Counted from the first letter of the stretch, positions 27,248-40,942 are shown. The stretch: 64,000 nt of DNA from Octopus vulgaris (GCA_951406725.2 OX597815.1:162502001-162566000), one strand, 5' to 3'. The notes: a model not told the origin generated them from the sequence alone. A program made the numbers and translations.

Positions 27248-30200
27248 ACCACACAATTAACAGCATTAGAGATGAAATAATATATTCAACACACACACAA
27301 AAAGGCATCTGACAACCTTAACAGTATTTACTTTTTGAGCTGTTCAATATGAACATGACAACAAGCAAACTAAAAAGAATAAGAATATATAATTATTATT
27401 GTCTTCTCAATTATGTAAGTATCTCTCTCATAGATTATATACATACCACTAAATTATTCATTTTCTATATGAAACACAAAATGCTCTTCCCAATGTTTAT
27501 ACAATAATAGTAAACTATATTGACAAAAGTGAAACAATACAAAGGGAAAAGGAGCTAAAAGGATAAATTGATTACCTAGAGAAAATACTATTAAAAAAAT
27601 CTATAGGTAAAAAAAAAAAGAAGCAAAACAAAATATTCAGCCAAGAGAATAAATTATTAGATTACACATTACATTTACTTTTATTAATATATATCGCATT
27701 TTCCCGAAACATGAAATAGCAGTTAATGGTGAGCAAAACTGAAGACAAAAACCTGTCAGTTTAGTGTTTTATTGTTATTTAAAGGATTGGTATATATGTA
27801 AGTAGAATTAGCCATAGAGTGATCAACTGCTAAGTGGAGGTAGTCAGGGTTTATGCATCTGAGACTAAACATTACATACAATACCAGGCTTACAAAACAT
27901 TTATAAGATTAGTTTAAGTACTTATGAACAGAGAAAAATCATTTATTTTACTTCACCCTTTCTACATCAACAACATGCATCAAATAGAAAACTTCCAGTT
28001 ACTCTTGGAGGAGTAATAATAAATAAACAAGTTCAATCAATTTTATTTTTTTGTCCTTTGAAGACTGACATGAGTGAAACGCAGTGTCACTTCAAAGAAG
28101 AACCACTTCTGTGGCTTAGGCAGGATTGGTAGTGTTGGGCAAAATGCTGTGTGATATATTTAGTCCTTTTCTCTTCTGAGTACAATTCCTCAGAGGTCAA
28201 CTTTGCTTTTTCATTCTTCAGGGTTTGGTAAAATAAGTACCAGTACCATTCAAGTAATGGGGTTGATATAATCAACTGCTTTCTTTTCATACATAATTTG
28301 TGGCCTTTTATTTAAGTTGCAAATCAATATATTAATGCACTTGAAGAATGCAGAGTATTTCTCTATTCCAGTATGTAACAAAATAAATAGATAAAATAAT
28401 AATTAACCTTTGCCAAATACTTTGCAAAATCTATACCAGCATCCTTAACTAGAAACAGGTAATAAAAAAAAACGTAATCAAAGTAATAAAGAAATTAACT
28501 TTGTAAGCACAAAGATATTGAGCTTCGACAAAAAGAAAACAATACTTGAACTTTATCATAACACAGCTTAACTTTACTAAATGGAGAAAAAATATTAAAA
28601 AAAAAGTTATAGCTGTACTTTACAAAATACCTATAAGAGCCTAGTAATCTCTTGAGATTATTAAATTCTATGAAGCTGGGGAAAAGACTCAGGTACTCCA
28701 CCCGCCAAATAGGTGGGTCTTTTATTTTATCTTTTGGATTGGTTTGGAGAAAGAGGTTATGTCAATGGCCTTGATTGATGAGATTAATGCTGTTAATTTT
28801 CTACTTCAGTTGATGACTGCAGAAAAAAAAAAAGGTGTGGGGAATTCCATGTGATCGCCATTCTAGGAAGGATGGACTGAGTATTGTGTTTATATGAGGG
28901 CCTAGGGGATGGAGAGAATATAGTTGATAAAGAGAAGAGAGATAAGTAAGTGGAGGTAGAACAAGGCACAGTCGTGGTGGAAGAAGAGGTAAAGAGAAGA
29001 GAAAGTGGATTTTGTGGACCAGAAGTTAAGAGAGTGTTTATGAGCAACATTACCTCAATTAATTAAATGGCCTTCATGCTACTTGGTTTAACATCCCCAC
29101 TTGACCTATGTGCATGTTTTTAGCAGAGTTCATGCATGATGCTGCAAGCATTCAACCAGGCTCCCAGCAAGGGGATTATCATGATCTCACAGTGAACCAA
29201 AGCCTTCTATATTTACTTAGTTGCCAAAAACTAAATAGAGGCATTTTCTAGCAACTGAATGAGAGAAATAAAATACTGATCAGTTGGAATTAGTACTAAA
29301 CTCTTAATAAAAGGTTACATAAGTCTACTTAATCATATATCTATATAAGAAATAAGATTACTGCCCTTTTAATCACAGCTTATCCATTGTAAAATGTAAC
29401 AACCAGATGATGTGATTGAAAATCAGATTTATTGTAGCACATTTGCACTCTAATTTTCAGTGAGAATTACTGACTGATTGATTGCATATAAATTACAAAG
29501 TGAATATAGATTTTAAATAAGCATTACAGACTTAATTTTTCTAGATGTTAATCCAGAGAAAAATAGCAGCTGTATGAATACTATAACAATAGAAGTTAGA
29601 AAAGGTTTGATGCAAATATTGTGTTTAATTGCTTTTTGAATAGCTGAATGTAACCCAACACACTTTCTTGCTACATACACGAACTCTTTCTCTAACCTCT
29701 TGTATGTAACCTCTTCATATGTGAACTTGATTCCAGTCATATGGAAACATCTTCGATCTTTTTAATCAGTTTATGACCCAAAATTGAAGACACTCATTGT
29801 GAAGAATTTATATTTCAGAATTTTATGCATAAAACAGTAGGAGGATAGAACAAGTAGATAACTGAACCAACATAGGAGCCTGCACATAGGTGGTCGAACT
29901 GCTAAAAATAGCAACCATTTCTTCCTCAAATCACATTCTACCTCCACAGAAAGTCAAATGACATATAGCATAATGTAGTGCATGATATATTTCCTGAAAA
30001 TAAGATGGAATGGTCATATGTGGAATTCTTTTGAGCATAGGACTGCTCGGCCAAAGATGACTTGGGCAGACTTACAATTAATAGTGTCCATCAACTCTTT
30101 TATGCAAACAGTAACTCTAGAACTACATAATCTGATGTATCCTTCCTTTTTTTTAAAACACTGTGATTTGAGGCTCATTTGACTTATTTCTAGTGAGTTG

Positions 30201-30347
30201 AGCAAATGCTGATAGTACAGCAGAGTAATCTCTATATTGTTTTATATTTCATATATTCATTTTGATATCTTGATTTTTTTTAAGGACTGACCTAACCACC
30301 TCACTACCAGTTATAAATTATGATGATGATATTTTCTAATGGTCATG

Positions 30348-31368
30348 TTAGACTACCCACACATATAATTTGATTACAATAATGAAAGCTTGTGTGTGAC
30401 AAGCCACACCTTTTAGAGACGATGGCAGCAAAAAATTGGTATAAGTGTATGGCAGCTTTCCTGGACAGCATGTCTTAGATTTTATATTGGAGTAAACTTC
30501 TCATAAAGACATATTTTAATGAGAAATTAGTGTCTGGTATGCAACAAAGCACCAGGTGCTTCACTCCTTGTATTTTATAGCATCCTAGATACCAACCCAG
30601 AGATTAAATGATGATGATGATGCTACACACACCACACACAGATGCATACACATATATATATGAACTTCATCATCATCATCATCATCATCATTTAACGTCC
30701 GCTTTCCATGCTAGCATGGGTTGGACGGTTCAACTGGGGTCTGGGGAGCCCGAAAGCTGCACCAGTCCAGTCAGATCTGGCAGTGTTTCTACAGCTGGAT
30801 GCCCTTCCTAACGCCAACCACTCCGAGAGTGTAGTGGGTGATTTTATGTGCCACCGACACAGGTGCCAGACGAGGCTGGCAAACGGCCACGCTCGGATGG
30901 TGTTTTTTTATGTGCCACCGACACAGGTGCCAGATGAGGCTGGCAGACGGCCACGCTCGGATGGTGTTTTTATGTGCCACCGACACAGGTGCCAGATGAG
31001 GCTGGCAAACGGCCACGATCGGATGGTGTTTGTTACGTGCCCACAGCACGGAGGCCAGTCGATGCGGTACTGGCTACGGCCACGTTCGGATGGTTTTCTT
31101 GTGTGCCACGTGCCACCGGCACTGGTACCACAAAGATACAAATTCCATTGATGTTCATCTATTTTGATTTGTTTTGCTTATAATAAAATGAAATATAAGT
31201 AAAAGTTACCGAAAAAGGATGCAATACATTAAAAGTGTCGATATTTTATGAAGCAGAAATGCAGTCAAAATTGTCCTTAATACATTTTGAACTCTATGTA
31301 AATAGCAACTAACTTAGTTATGAAAGCATTTAGTCCAAAACTCTACTTTGTCCTCTCACACTCCCTCT
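30348..31368. repeat. Local direct duplication, copy 2, interrupted by an RTE 3' insertion
   Basis: Same sequence as 26755-27247, with about 500 bp of RTE 3' UTR inserted after ...GAACTT. Confidence 0.85.
30668..31175 (-). mobile_element. RTE 3' UTR copy with internal ~62-bp tandem repeats
   Basis: (CAT)n tail and terminal motif shared with the element at 51566; three copies of TTTATGTGCCACCGACACAGGTGCCAGAYGAGGCTGGCA..CGGCCACG.TCGGATGGTG. Confidence 0.85.
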
Positions 31369-32816
31369 TCTCAGATCTTACTCTTCCTTAATTTTGATAG
31401 TTAACCTGCAAAAGAGTAACAGTGGCCACCCACAGTACATATAGGTTCAAGAAGATTGGTGAGCATGATGTATGTAACTGATCCTCTTAAACTTCTGCAG
31501 GCTGATATTTCTAAAGAAAATTTAAGCAGATAAGAAGTTAGAGAGGAGTATAGTGCTGGGGAAGAAGGATAAGAAAAATGATTAGTTCAGAAGTAAAGGA
31601 AGAAGAAATAATGATAAAGAGAGGAGGAGAAGCAGACACATCAAGTGAGTGACTCTGGCATTAAGCAAATTCAGAGAGAATGACCACTGGAGTAGTAATA
31701 GGAAACAGAGGTAGGGCAGTGTATGATGTGATAGTGAATGTAATAATTTTTTTTTTTTAACCTTTTAGGCTGGACGCAAGGCAGTGTTGATGATCTTCAG
31801 GGCCTACAAGACAGCTGAGGAGGGAGGATGATGACCTCAAATTGGAAACCTGATCTGAATGCATGTAACATAGTACCCAAGTACTGTGAATGCTTGTAAA
31901 AGGTACCCAAGTGCCAAGTGGTAATATTGGTTTCAGATTTTGGCACAAGGCCAGCAATTTTGGGAAAGTGGGTAAGTTGATTATATTGACCCAAGTGTTC
32001 AACTGGTACTCAATTTATTGGCCCTGAAAGGTTGAAAGGTAAAGGTGACCTCAGCAGAATTGAAACTCAGAATGGAAAGACATGAAATGCTGCTAAGCAT
32101 TTTGCCCAGCATGCTAACAATTCTGCTAGCTCACTATCTTACCAAGTAGTAATAATAAACCAGGCAATGGACTGTCTATCACCCAAATATTCCATGATGA
32201 GATTTGAACTGAGAATGCAAAGAGCTGGAACAAATATCACAAGACAGGTTCAATGTTCTTACAGTTTCAATAATGCATCACCTTGGACTGGTATTTTTTT
32301 TTATTAACCCTGAAAGTTGATCTTTGCGGGATTTAAGCTCAGAATGTTGGAAGTTAGAAGAAACACCTTAAAGCATTCTCTCTGATGCTGTAACAGTCAG
32401 TCATATAGCCTTATTTTATGTAATCTAGAAAACTTGTGTGTATAGCAGCAACACTGTTCTAGTCATGTAAGTAGTACTCTAATGTAGGGTGAAGGTATAT
32501 CTTGTAAGAGGATAAGCGACTGACAAGCGCTGAGCTATTTCCTAACAGGTAATCTTTATAGCCAACTAAACATGGATGCCTTGTTAGGAAGCTAATAAAA
32601 ATTACTTTGTTATTAGCTTCCATTGCTAATAATCAATTTTGAATAAGCTTGTTAGCTGTTTGCAACATCAGCATCTAAAAAGATGCTGAAATTCTATATA
32701 GATTTTTACTGGCATGCAGTCACCTGGTGCTTCCCACAGATGAGGTGCAACAGAATGAAACCACATGATATGGGAACTGTAGCACCTGTGACAGATGAAT
32801 TTCATCTGCTATGATC

Positions 32817-32958
32817 TACAGTTTTGGCCAAAAGTTTGGAACATTTTTAAAAAATTAGAATTGTAATGCACAAGTACAATTTGATTCAAATATAACTTTG
32901 GACATTTAATATAAAAATTCTGATTTTCAGACCTATGTTCCAAACTTTTGGTCGGGTA
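32817..32958. mobile_element. Small Tc1-like MITE
   Basis: Imperfect TIRs TA-CAGTTTTGGCCAAAAGTTTGGAACA ... TGTTCCAAACTTTTGGTCGGG-TA. Confidence 0.6.
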
Positions 32959-34677
32959 ATAATATATTGCAAATTAAATATAACTTTAGGCATTTGATAT
33001 AAAAATTCTAATAATTAATGATTTTCTAACCTTTGAAGAGAAAACCTAAAATGTTAAGATGCAGTCTTGGCTATGGAGCCTGCACAAGGTTACTTAAACT
33101 GGTAGATATAGCAGCTAAATGTCTCAAATATCCACTATTTTAGAAAAAAACATTAGATAAGGGATTCCTGGATTAGCTTTACAAAGAAAGGAGACCAGTT
33201 GGTCATGAGTACAGTGTATTTAATCATAGCCTCATTGATCAAGGCTAAAACAGGACTAAACAACAATACGAACATGAAGTTTCATGAAAACTTTTAATTT
33301 GAAGAAAATATGTTCTAAAATAGAGAGTGTGTGTAGTGTTGAAGGAAGCTGCTTTCTTGATATGTGTGTGGTGACTATATTGTTGCTGTTGAATTAGACT
33401 AGTTTGTTATATCCTAATTGCAGGGTAATTTTGAAGCTTTTATTCATTTAAGTTATGCACTACTAATGCCATACAATTTGTTTTCTAACAGTATAACCTT
33501 TCATTTCTCTTTGCCTTTGAAAGAAGCATTTTCAACCTTACCAGGCAAGAAAGTTTATTTGAAATGAAAACTTCTACTGCATCTCTCAATTAGAACAGGG
33601 CTTGCCTCTTTGAGCTGGGAAATGAATGGAATGCCTAATGTGTGCCTTGTTCTGGTTACCCACACCTAAAAAAAATGGGGGAATAGGCCTAGGTGTATGC
33701 ATATGTATGTAAGTTACAAATAATTATTTATTATAAATACCCTCACAATTACACTGAACCTATGCAAATATGAACAAGCAGCTGTTAAAATGACAAAGGA
33801 TGGAGAGTAATGATTAATGAGAGTAATTTTATAAGTCAAAAATAATTTTTTATTATCATAAAACTTATGATATCTCACCTTTAGCAAACAGATTATTTTG
33901 TCACAACGTCATGCTTTCTCATTCATGTTGTTTTTAATAAATCATGCAATATTTCATAGCTTTGAAATTTTATGATGGGATCATATATTTTACAACAGCA
34001 TTGAAAGGTAGGTGTGATAGGCTGGATCTGACCAGTTTGAACATATAGCAGGAGGCATATTTGGGCCGGATATGGCCAGTTTAAATGCTAGAAAGTTATT
34101 GAACTCTCTCTGTCCCATAAAAGTATGTAAAAGTACATGTTGAAAATGATGATATATTGACAGGGGATGCTCGATTTAGTACAGAGGTAAATGAAAATGC
34201 TGTTATTGACATCAAAGTATCTATTTTCACCTTCCATTAGGGCTGTCACTAAGCCCTGCAACCTCTGCAATCACAGGGGGTCTCTGTAGTTGAGGGGCCC
34301 CATGTTAAGATCAAAGTACAAAGATGAATCATCTATTTACTTTTGTTAAGATGTTGAAACAAGAATGAAAATTTCAAGAAATAAAATGGTAATACATCAT
34401 ACCGGCAAAAGTTCTTGTAAAAATAGTACATTGTATCACGAATGTCCCTACCTAAATATGTTCTTTAGGATAACAACTTCAGATAGAATAAAATAAGATA
34501 TAGCTATGAATAAAAGATGCATAGATTATGAATTTTGATTGAAGGGATGGAGCCTTGAAACAAAAAGTTGCAGGGGGTGCCTCTAAAAGTCATGTGACAT
34601 GCTTGCCTTCCACTTCATTAAAATCAGTGTCAGCCAATTCACTGCTGCCACTGGAAGAGAGGAAGGGAGTGGAAGAA

Positions 34678-34726
<49 letters not shown>

Positions 34727-36289
34727 TAGCAATATAATGAAAGAGATAATGGAGCCTGAATATAGAGACATCCACTGCTATCCCACATTATATGGAGAGT
34801 ATCAAACAGAGAATGGGAGGCTGTACTGTTCAACTTGTATATAGTGGGATAGCATTGGGTCTCTCAATTTTTCCAAAGTTATTTAGTATAAGTAAATGTA
34901 GAGAACTTAGCATCAAATTATGGCATTAGAAATCACTGTCTTAACCTTTCAGCATATAAGACAGCCATATCCAGCCAAATATTCTGTTTTATATACAAAC
35001 TAGACAGATACTGCCTCTCATACCTATCCTACAATGTCGTTCTAAAAATATACAAACACATCTTTGAGATATTGAAGCTATGAGATAATGCATGATCAAT
35101 TCAGAACAATGTAAATAAATAATTACTACATTTGATAGAGTAATCCGAATGTTAAAGGGTTAAGAAATCTTTATATGTTTAACTGAAGATGATAAAAATG
35201 GCAATAATAACTTCTATTTGATCAGGGATGAGGTCAATAACGAAAAGAGAGAACAGAGTTTTATTAAACTGACTTTAATATATTACTTGTAAAATGTCAA
35301 ACAGAAGCAAGGTAAAAACAGTATTTGCATAATTTAAACTCACTACACTTAAACAATAAACTAGATGCTATAAAACAACTAGTCTAAACCTTTACCATTA
35401 TCAGCTTTTGCATGATGATGCTAATGATGAAAGTGTCAGAAGTGATGGTAGCTTGTTAAGATGGCCTGACAGGCAATGCTTTCATTCATAAAGTTGGAAT
35501 CAATTGCAGCTTAATCTGCCAATCAATCTGGAATCCCTTCATGAAGGCAAGAGAAGAGCTATTAAAACAACTTACTCAGAACATCAATTCATCACTTTAC
35601 AACAACTTCCATCAACAGGTCTTAGACAAAAGAAGCTTATTATTGAAGAAAGCATGCAATAAGATAAGTTTTGTAGACATAGTTTCTCTGTCTCTCTCTC
35701 TTTCTTCCTTTTTTTTTTTCTGTTTTCAGTCAGAGCTGGGCTGCATTGTCCTCTTGCTTTCCGACATATTTTCCTGCAAACTTTTAATTATTTTTTTTTA
35801 AGTTTAACAAATTCCTTCTCTAACACTTATTTCTCTCTCTGTCAGACTAATACTGCCACATCTCCTTTTCCCCACATTAAAACAATTACTTTATTCAAAT
35901 ATGCCCTTAACCTGTTTTTATACAAACTCCCACTATTTTATCTTTTACACAAATCCCCTCCTTGTCTTCCTCATCTCAGTCAGTCTTTTTCTTTAAATAA
36001 TTCTGCAGCTGTAATCATAGTCATTCAGAAGAAATATTTCAGTAGGAGGAATAACATGTAATTGTTTCATATTATTTCACATTTTTAATTCCAAATTCTT
36101 TCATTAAAAGTTTTATTCTCATTGATCAATAAAAAAAAGGGGGGTAAAAAAAAAACAAAATTACAAAATATATAATCTTGAATACAACTAAGACCTACAT
36201 TCTATCAGTACAATTAGTCCCAGATTTATTTGTAACAAATAGTTGGAGGCATATAAATTCTTTTATAAGAGGTTGCTCAATGGGGAGAA

Positions 36290-36535
36290 TGCACGTGGAA
36301 AAGTGGATCTATTACAGCAGCTGATTCAAATAAAGGAACCAGCCATTGAAGTTTACAGTTATATGGTCAAAAGTGTGATCAAGAATTTGAAGGCAGGAAA
36401 AGTAGCTGAGGCAAAGTAGAACTCATGCTAGTCACACACGCAGTCAATAAGTTAGTGCAGAGAGGCATAATATTCAATGACTGGTATAGTGGTATCATCA
36501 TTAACTGCCTTAAGGTCAAAGAAGATGTAGTAGAA
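36290..36535 (+). mobile_element. Old RTE RT fragment (same family as the 52-kb element)
   Basis: LVTHAVNKLVQRGIIFNDWYSGIIINCLKVKED aligns to LVTHIVNQVIHKGVIPNDWCSSIIVNCYKGKGD of the intact ORF. Confidence 0.7.
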
Positions 36536-39029
36536 AAAAAGGTAATGATTGGTTACAAAGTGAAGTTCTTAATCACACAATCATGCCAGTACCTAGGTGT
36601 AAGCATGGTTGTGTGGATCCAGAGTTTGCTTTGTAACCACAAGATCTCAAGTTCTTCCCCTGTGCTACACCTTAGGCAAATGTCATCTAAAATAACCTCA
36701 GGTCAACTGAAAACTGCACAGAAGCCCATTAAATAAATGCATGTATGTGTGTGTGTGAATGCATGTATGACTAAGAATATTTACATACTCTGTTAGAAAA
36801 CCATTTTCGAGTTAGATAAAAAAGAAAAATTCCTTACATTATAAAAAAAAGACATCTGTTTTAGCTTGGTTTCTACGGCTTGATGCCCTTCCTAATGCTA
36901 ACCATTTTACAGAGTGTACTAGGTGGTCTTACATGGCACAGGTGCTTTTTACATGGAGCCAGAACAGGTGATTTCACATGGTGCCTGCATGAGTGCTTTT
37001 ATGTGGTGCCAACACAGGTGCTTTTTAAGTGAAGCCAACATATATATATATACATATATATATACACACATATATGTAGTGAGTGAATGAGTGAGAAAGA
37101 GAGAGAGAGAATCTAATTCAATAAAAGCACTATTTTGATAATATATTCTATAAAGCAAACACTTCCAAGTCCTTGATAGTATACAAATTGTCTGGAAAAA
37201 TCTTTAACAATTAATGAGTCTGAGGTGAGAAAGAAAGAAATGAAATAACTGTAACACTTGTTCTGTTGTCTAATTAAACACTTAAGTGAAAAACATGATT
37301 CTGCATATTCACAAGAGAAATATCTTATTGACCACTGAGGATTAATTGGTATAGAATTTTTTTCTTTTTACACCAAAAAATAAGTGAATAAATAAATAAA
37401 CTCCTACAATCATATGTTGGTCATTATTTATGTAAAAAGCTAAAAAAGTGTATAGAATTTTCATTGATTAACATAGAATGTAGAGTCTCTTAAGTGTTCT
37501 GAATATTGTATACAGAAATTTGGAAAATGCATTTTTTGGAGAGGGAGAAAAAGGAGAGAGAAAAAGAGACAGGAGGAAGAAATTGAAAAGAAAAACATAT
37601 ATGGGACATAACAATAAATTTAATTCTGTGATACTATCAAAACAGAGTTATAAAGAACAACTTGCTTTAGAATCTTTAAAGAATAAACATGCAATAAATT
37701 TATCTTTGAAAGTTGGGGAGTAACTTTTGAGGAGAAGGAGAAGCAGACAAAGAAAAAAACCCAGTAAAACAAGAAATAAAGAATTATGATGTATAGAATC
37801 CATGAATCAATTGATGGGTGATCAATAACTATTATCAAGTGTTACAAATTACTGCCTATCAATGTAGTTTATTCTGCATGATACAGAAGAAGAGAAATTG
37901 ATCTTAACACATCATTAGATTATTATCTGTCATTTACTAAAAAGCTAAGAAATATAATAAACTTGTTAAAAAAGTATAAATAACTTCTTTGCATTTTTCT
38001 ACAACCTTTATGAATACAATACACAATGAAATATATTCTTATAATTTCTCTTTTAAAAGGCCTTATAGAAGAAACAGAAAAAGATGAGAGCAATGGAATG
38101 GTCTGGTTTAATAGTACTATCAGGTCCTTGGATGCTTTTAGCAGAGTTTATTTCATTGCAAGCATTAGAACCTATTCATGCTTCTCGTGCAGACACTGAC
38201 CAGCAGAAGTTCAGGTTGGACATTAGCAGTATGAATCTCATTAGTTTGGGAGGACCATTAAATTTTTGGTGATGATGATGATGACAACAAAGACTACAGC
38301 ATGAATGATAACAAGTATGAAATATGTGAGTCTAACTACCAAAGATATTAGGTCATGGACACTTTCTTGGTTATCAAGACATTTGTTCTTGGTTTCAGAG
38401 AATATAGTTGAAACCTTGTGTTACCATATTTCTGTTGAAACACATTGCCTTTGTTTCAATCAATTTTTGGAAATAATGAAGAATTTAATAGAATAACTTT
38501 GTTATTATTAAACTGGAGTTTGGAACATAAATTAACATGGAATTTGGAGGGTAAGTTTCAATTTGGATCACTCTATAACTGAAAGTTTGTGTTATAGAGC
38601 CAGGGATAGTCTCGGGCAGGATAGTATCAAAAAGGTTAAGATAATATCTTATAAATTGTAAGAAAGGCTACAAGAAAATCTAGAATGCAGATTTTATCTA
38701 CAGTATAAACCAAGATAACTTTCAAATAGAAGCTGTAGTTTAATAAAAAGAACAACAACCCAAAACTCAATAACTACCAAAGAAGAATAGACTATAGCAT
38801 AAATAAGCAAAGGTGCGTCTCAGATATCTAATAAAAAGATAGATTATTTCTTTAACAAGTGAGTCATTGGGTTTATAGAAGAGATTTTAGCAGAACATAA
38901 GATTTTTGGTAATAAAGACAAACTTGGAGATAGTTATTGGCAAGTAATCTTCGTCAAATATACTATGCTTCAAAGATGACACAAGTACCTCTAAATTGAG
39001 ACACTGTAAAAATCCTAGCAACATATAAC

Positions 39030-39351
39030 TGCATTCTGTCAGTTATGATGAAGAGGGTTCTAGTTGATCTGATCAATAGAAAAGCTTGTACATGAAATTG
39101 ATGCCAAGTGGCTGAGCGTTCCACACAAGTGTGTACCCTTAACGTAGTTCTCAGGCAGATTCAGCATGATATGGAATGTGACAAGCTGGCCCTTTGAAAT
39201 ACAAGTGCTACTCATTTTTGCCAGCTGAGCAGATTGGAGCAATGTGAAATAAAGTGTCTTTCTCAAGAACACAGCATGTTGCCAGGAATTGAACTCGGGA
39301 CCTTATGATCACAAGCCAAATACTCCTAACCACTAAGCCATGCGCCTTCAC
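39030..39351 (-). mobile_element. Family C-head SINE variant with TSD
   Basis: GTGAAGGCGCATGGCTTAGTGG head, GTTCAATTCC B-box and CORE-like centre, but a different tail; CAACATATAA is repeated on both flanks. Related copies at 43150-43420 (-) and 45235-45500 (+). Confidence 0.75.
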
Positions 39352-39476
39352 CAACAACATATAAGAGCTGCATAATGGGGTATAACTAGATATTGCAAAA
39401 GAAAAAAATGAACAAAAAATAAATAGAACTTTACATTAAAAACAAAAGTTAAGTCATTTAAGTCACAGCAGTCTTA

Positions 39477-39518
<42 letters not shown>

Positions 39519-39984
39519 ATACATAACTAATCCCATTATTTATACTTTCAGCTTATAAGACATGTTTGCTTTTTGTCAATTTTATTTATGCTTATAGATA
39601 TACAAATACAAAAAGAATAAATTGTTATAAGTAACCTTAATTCGCAAACAGTACTGTTCCAATAGTGAATGTATGAGGGAAGTGGAGGAAGCAAAGAGAT
39701 GACTCTTAAGTTCAACAAGAGGGCATGCCATATAAAAAAAAAATTTAAAAAACAATGACTATATTAACTTGTTAAACTCTAAGCAATTTCATAGTACAAA
39801 GTATTCTTTAGTAACTAAGCAGATATGAAAGTGTCAAAAAATATCAAATATGAATACCAAGGTATTTTCAGCATACCAACAACTAGTGAATATTGATTTT
39901 TTAACACCAATATGAGGCCATAAAGTTTGGAAAGAAGGCACAATCGATTAACATTTCTTACCCTCTAGCAAATACTTTTGTTTG

Positions 39985-40600
39985 GGAAATAGAAAAGTTG
40001 CTTCTATAAATTTCTCATCTTCACTATGAAGCTCTGTCTGTATGAAAGGCAAACTATCAAAAATGTGATACTGTATGGTAGTGGGGCTTTGGTCTTAAAA
40101 TCAGAAGTGCAGAAAAGAGGGATGAGTTAAGTGTGAGCTGCTGGATATGCTCTCTGAACTTGAGAGTCAGATGAAGCATAAATTAAGCTGAAGAAAAATT
40201 TGGGATATCAAAAGTATCAAGTGAAACAATCAAGAGAGACAACTGCTCTGCAATGAATATTTAATTCAAACAATTAACATAAACTATGTGAAATATGCAA
40301 AAGTGTTATGGCTGTACTCAAGAAGATCTGTCCTCCGCAGTAGATGTGTTAAGGACACCCCTCAGGGGCAAAGTATTGGCCGGTAAAATTCCTATGCTGG
40401 TGTCACATAAAAAGCACTCATGTAGTGTCATGTTAAAAGCACCCAGCACACACTGTACAGTGGCTGGCATTAGGAAGGGCATCCAGCCACCAGACTAGAA
40501 CCTGGTGCAACTCTCCAACTTGTCAGCTCTTGTCACACCGTCCAACCAATGCCAGTATGGACAATGGACATTAAAGGATAATGATGATGATGATGATAAT
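39985..40600 (+). mobile_element. Heavily decayed RTE 3' region and tail
   Basis: Remnant LYGS and QERQL motifs, followed by the RTE terminal AGGAAGGGCATCCAGC...CCGTCCAACC...(GAT)n. Confidence 0.55.
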
Positions 40601-40716
40601 AATACAAACTGACAGTAGCAAATAAGTGAGAAGGGAAGATCAAGGTTGAATGGGAATTAAATATTTTGAAGTATTTTACTGGAGAGAAGCACTACTGCTA
40701 CTCTCTTTATAAATTG

Positions 40717-40942
40717 GCAACTGCAGGAAAAGTATGTAGCAATAAGTAAACAAACTTCTGTACTTAGCATTTGTTGACTTTGACTAGGTGCCTTGCTCTC
40801 TAATCTGGTGGTTATTGTGGTTGCTGTGTAGCTAGGGGTAGATGAATGACTAGTGAGAGCTGTTTAAGCCATGCACAGGAATGCTGTTACTAAAGTGATA
40901 GTTAGCAGCAATGAATTTATTGTGCAGATAGGAGTTCATCAG
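40717..40942 (+). mobile_element. Decayed RTE RT fragment
   Basis: QLQEKY..LYLAFVD..SLIWW..LGVDE.LVRAV..IGVHQ matches the intact ORF. Confidence 0.7.

Noticed and set aside
29513-29760. 75-aa minus-strand ORF (MTGIKFTYEEVTYKRLEKEF...)
   Set aside because: No motif or convincing splice signals; the length is compatible with chance.
30840-31040. Regularly spaced repeats resembling a CRISPR array
   Set aside because: Contiguous tandem units with no unique spacers, inside a LINE 3' UTR in eukaryotic DNA, and no cas genes.
32719-32796. H/ACA snoRNA (hairpin followed by ACA or AGATGA)
   Set aside because: No bipartite pseudouridylation pocket and no properly placed second hairpin and box.
34555-34844. 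Overlapping ORFs with ER/LS runs
   Set aside because: Produced by a (GA)n microsatellite.
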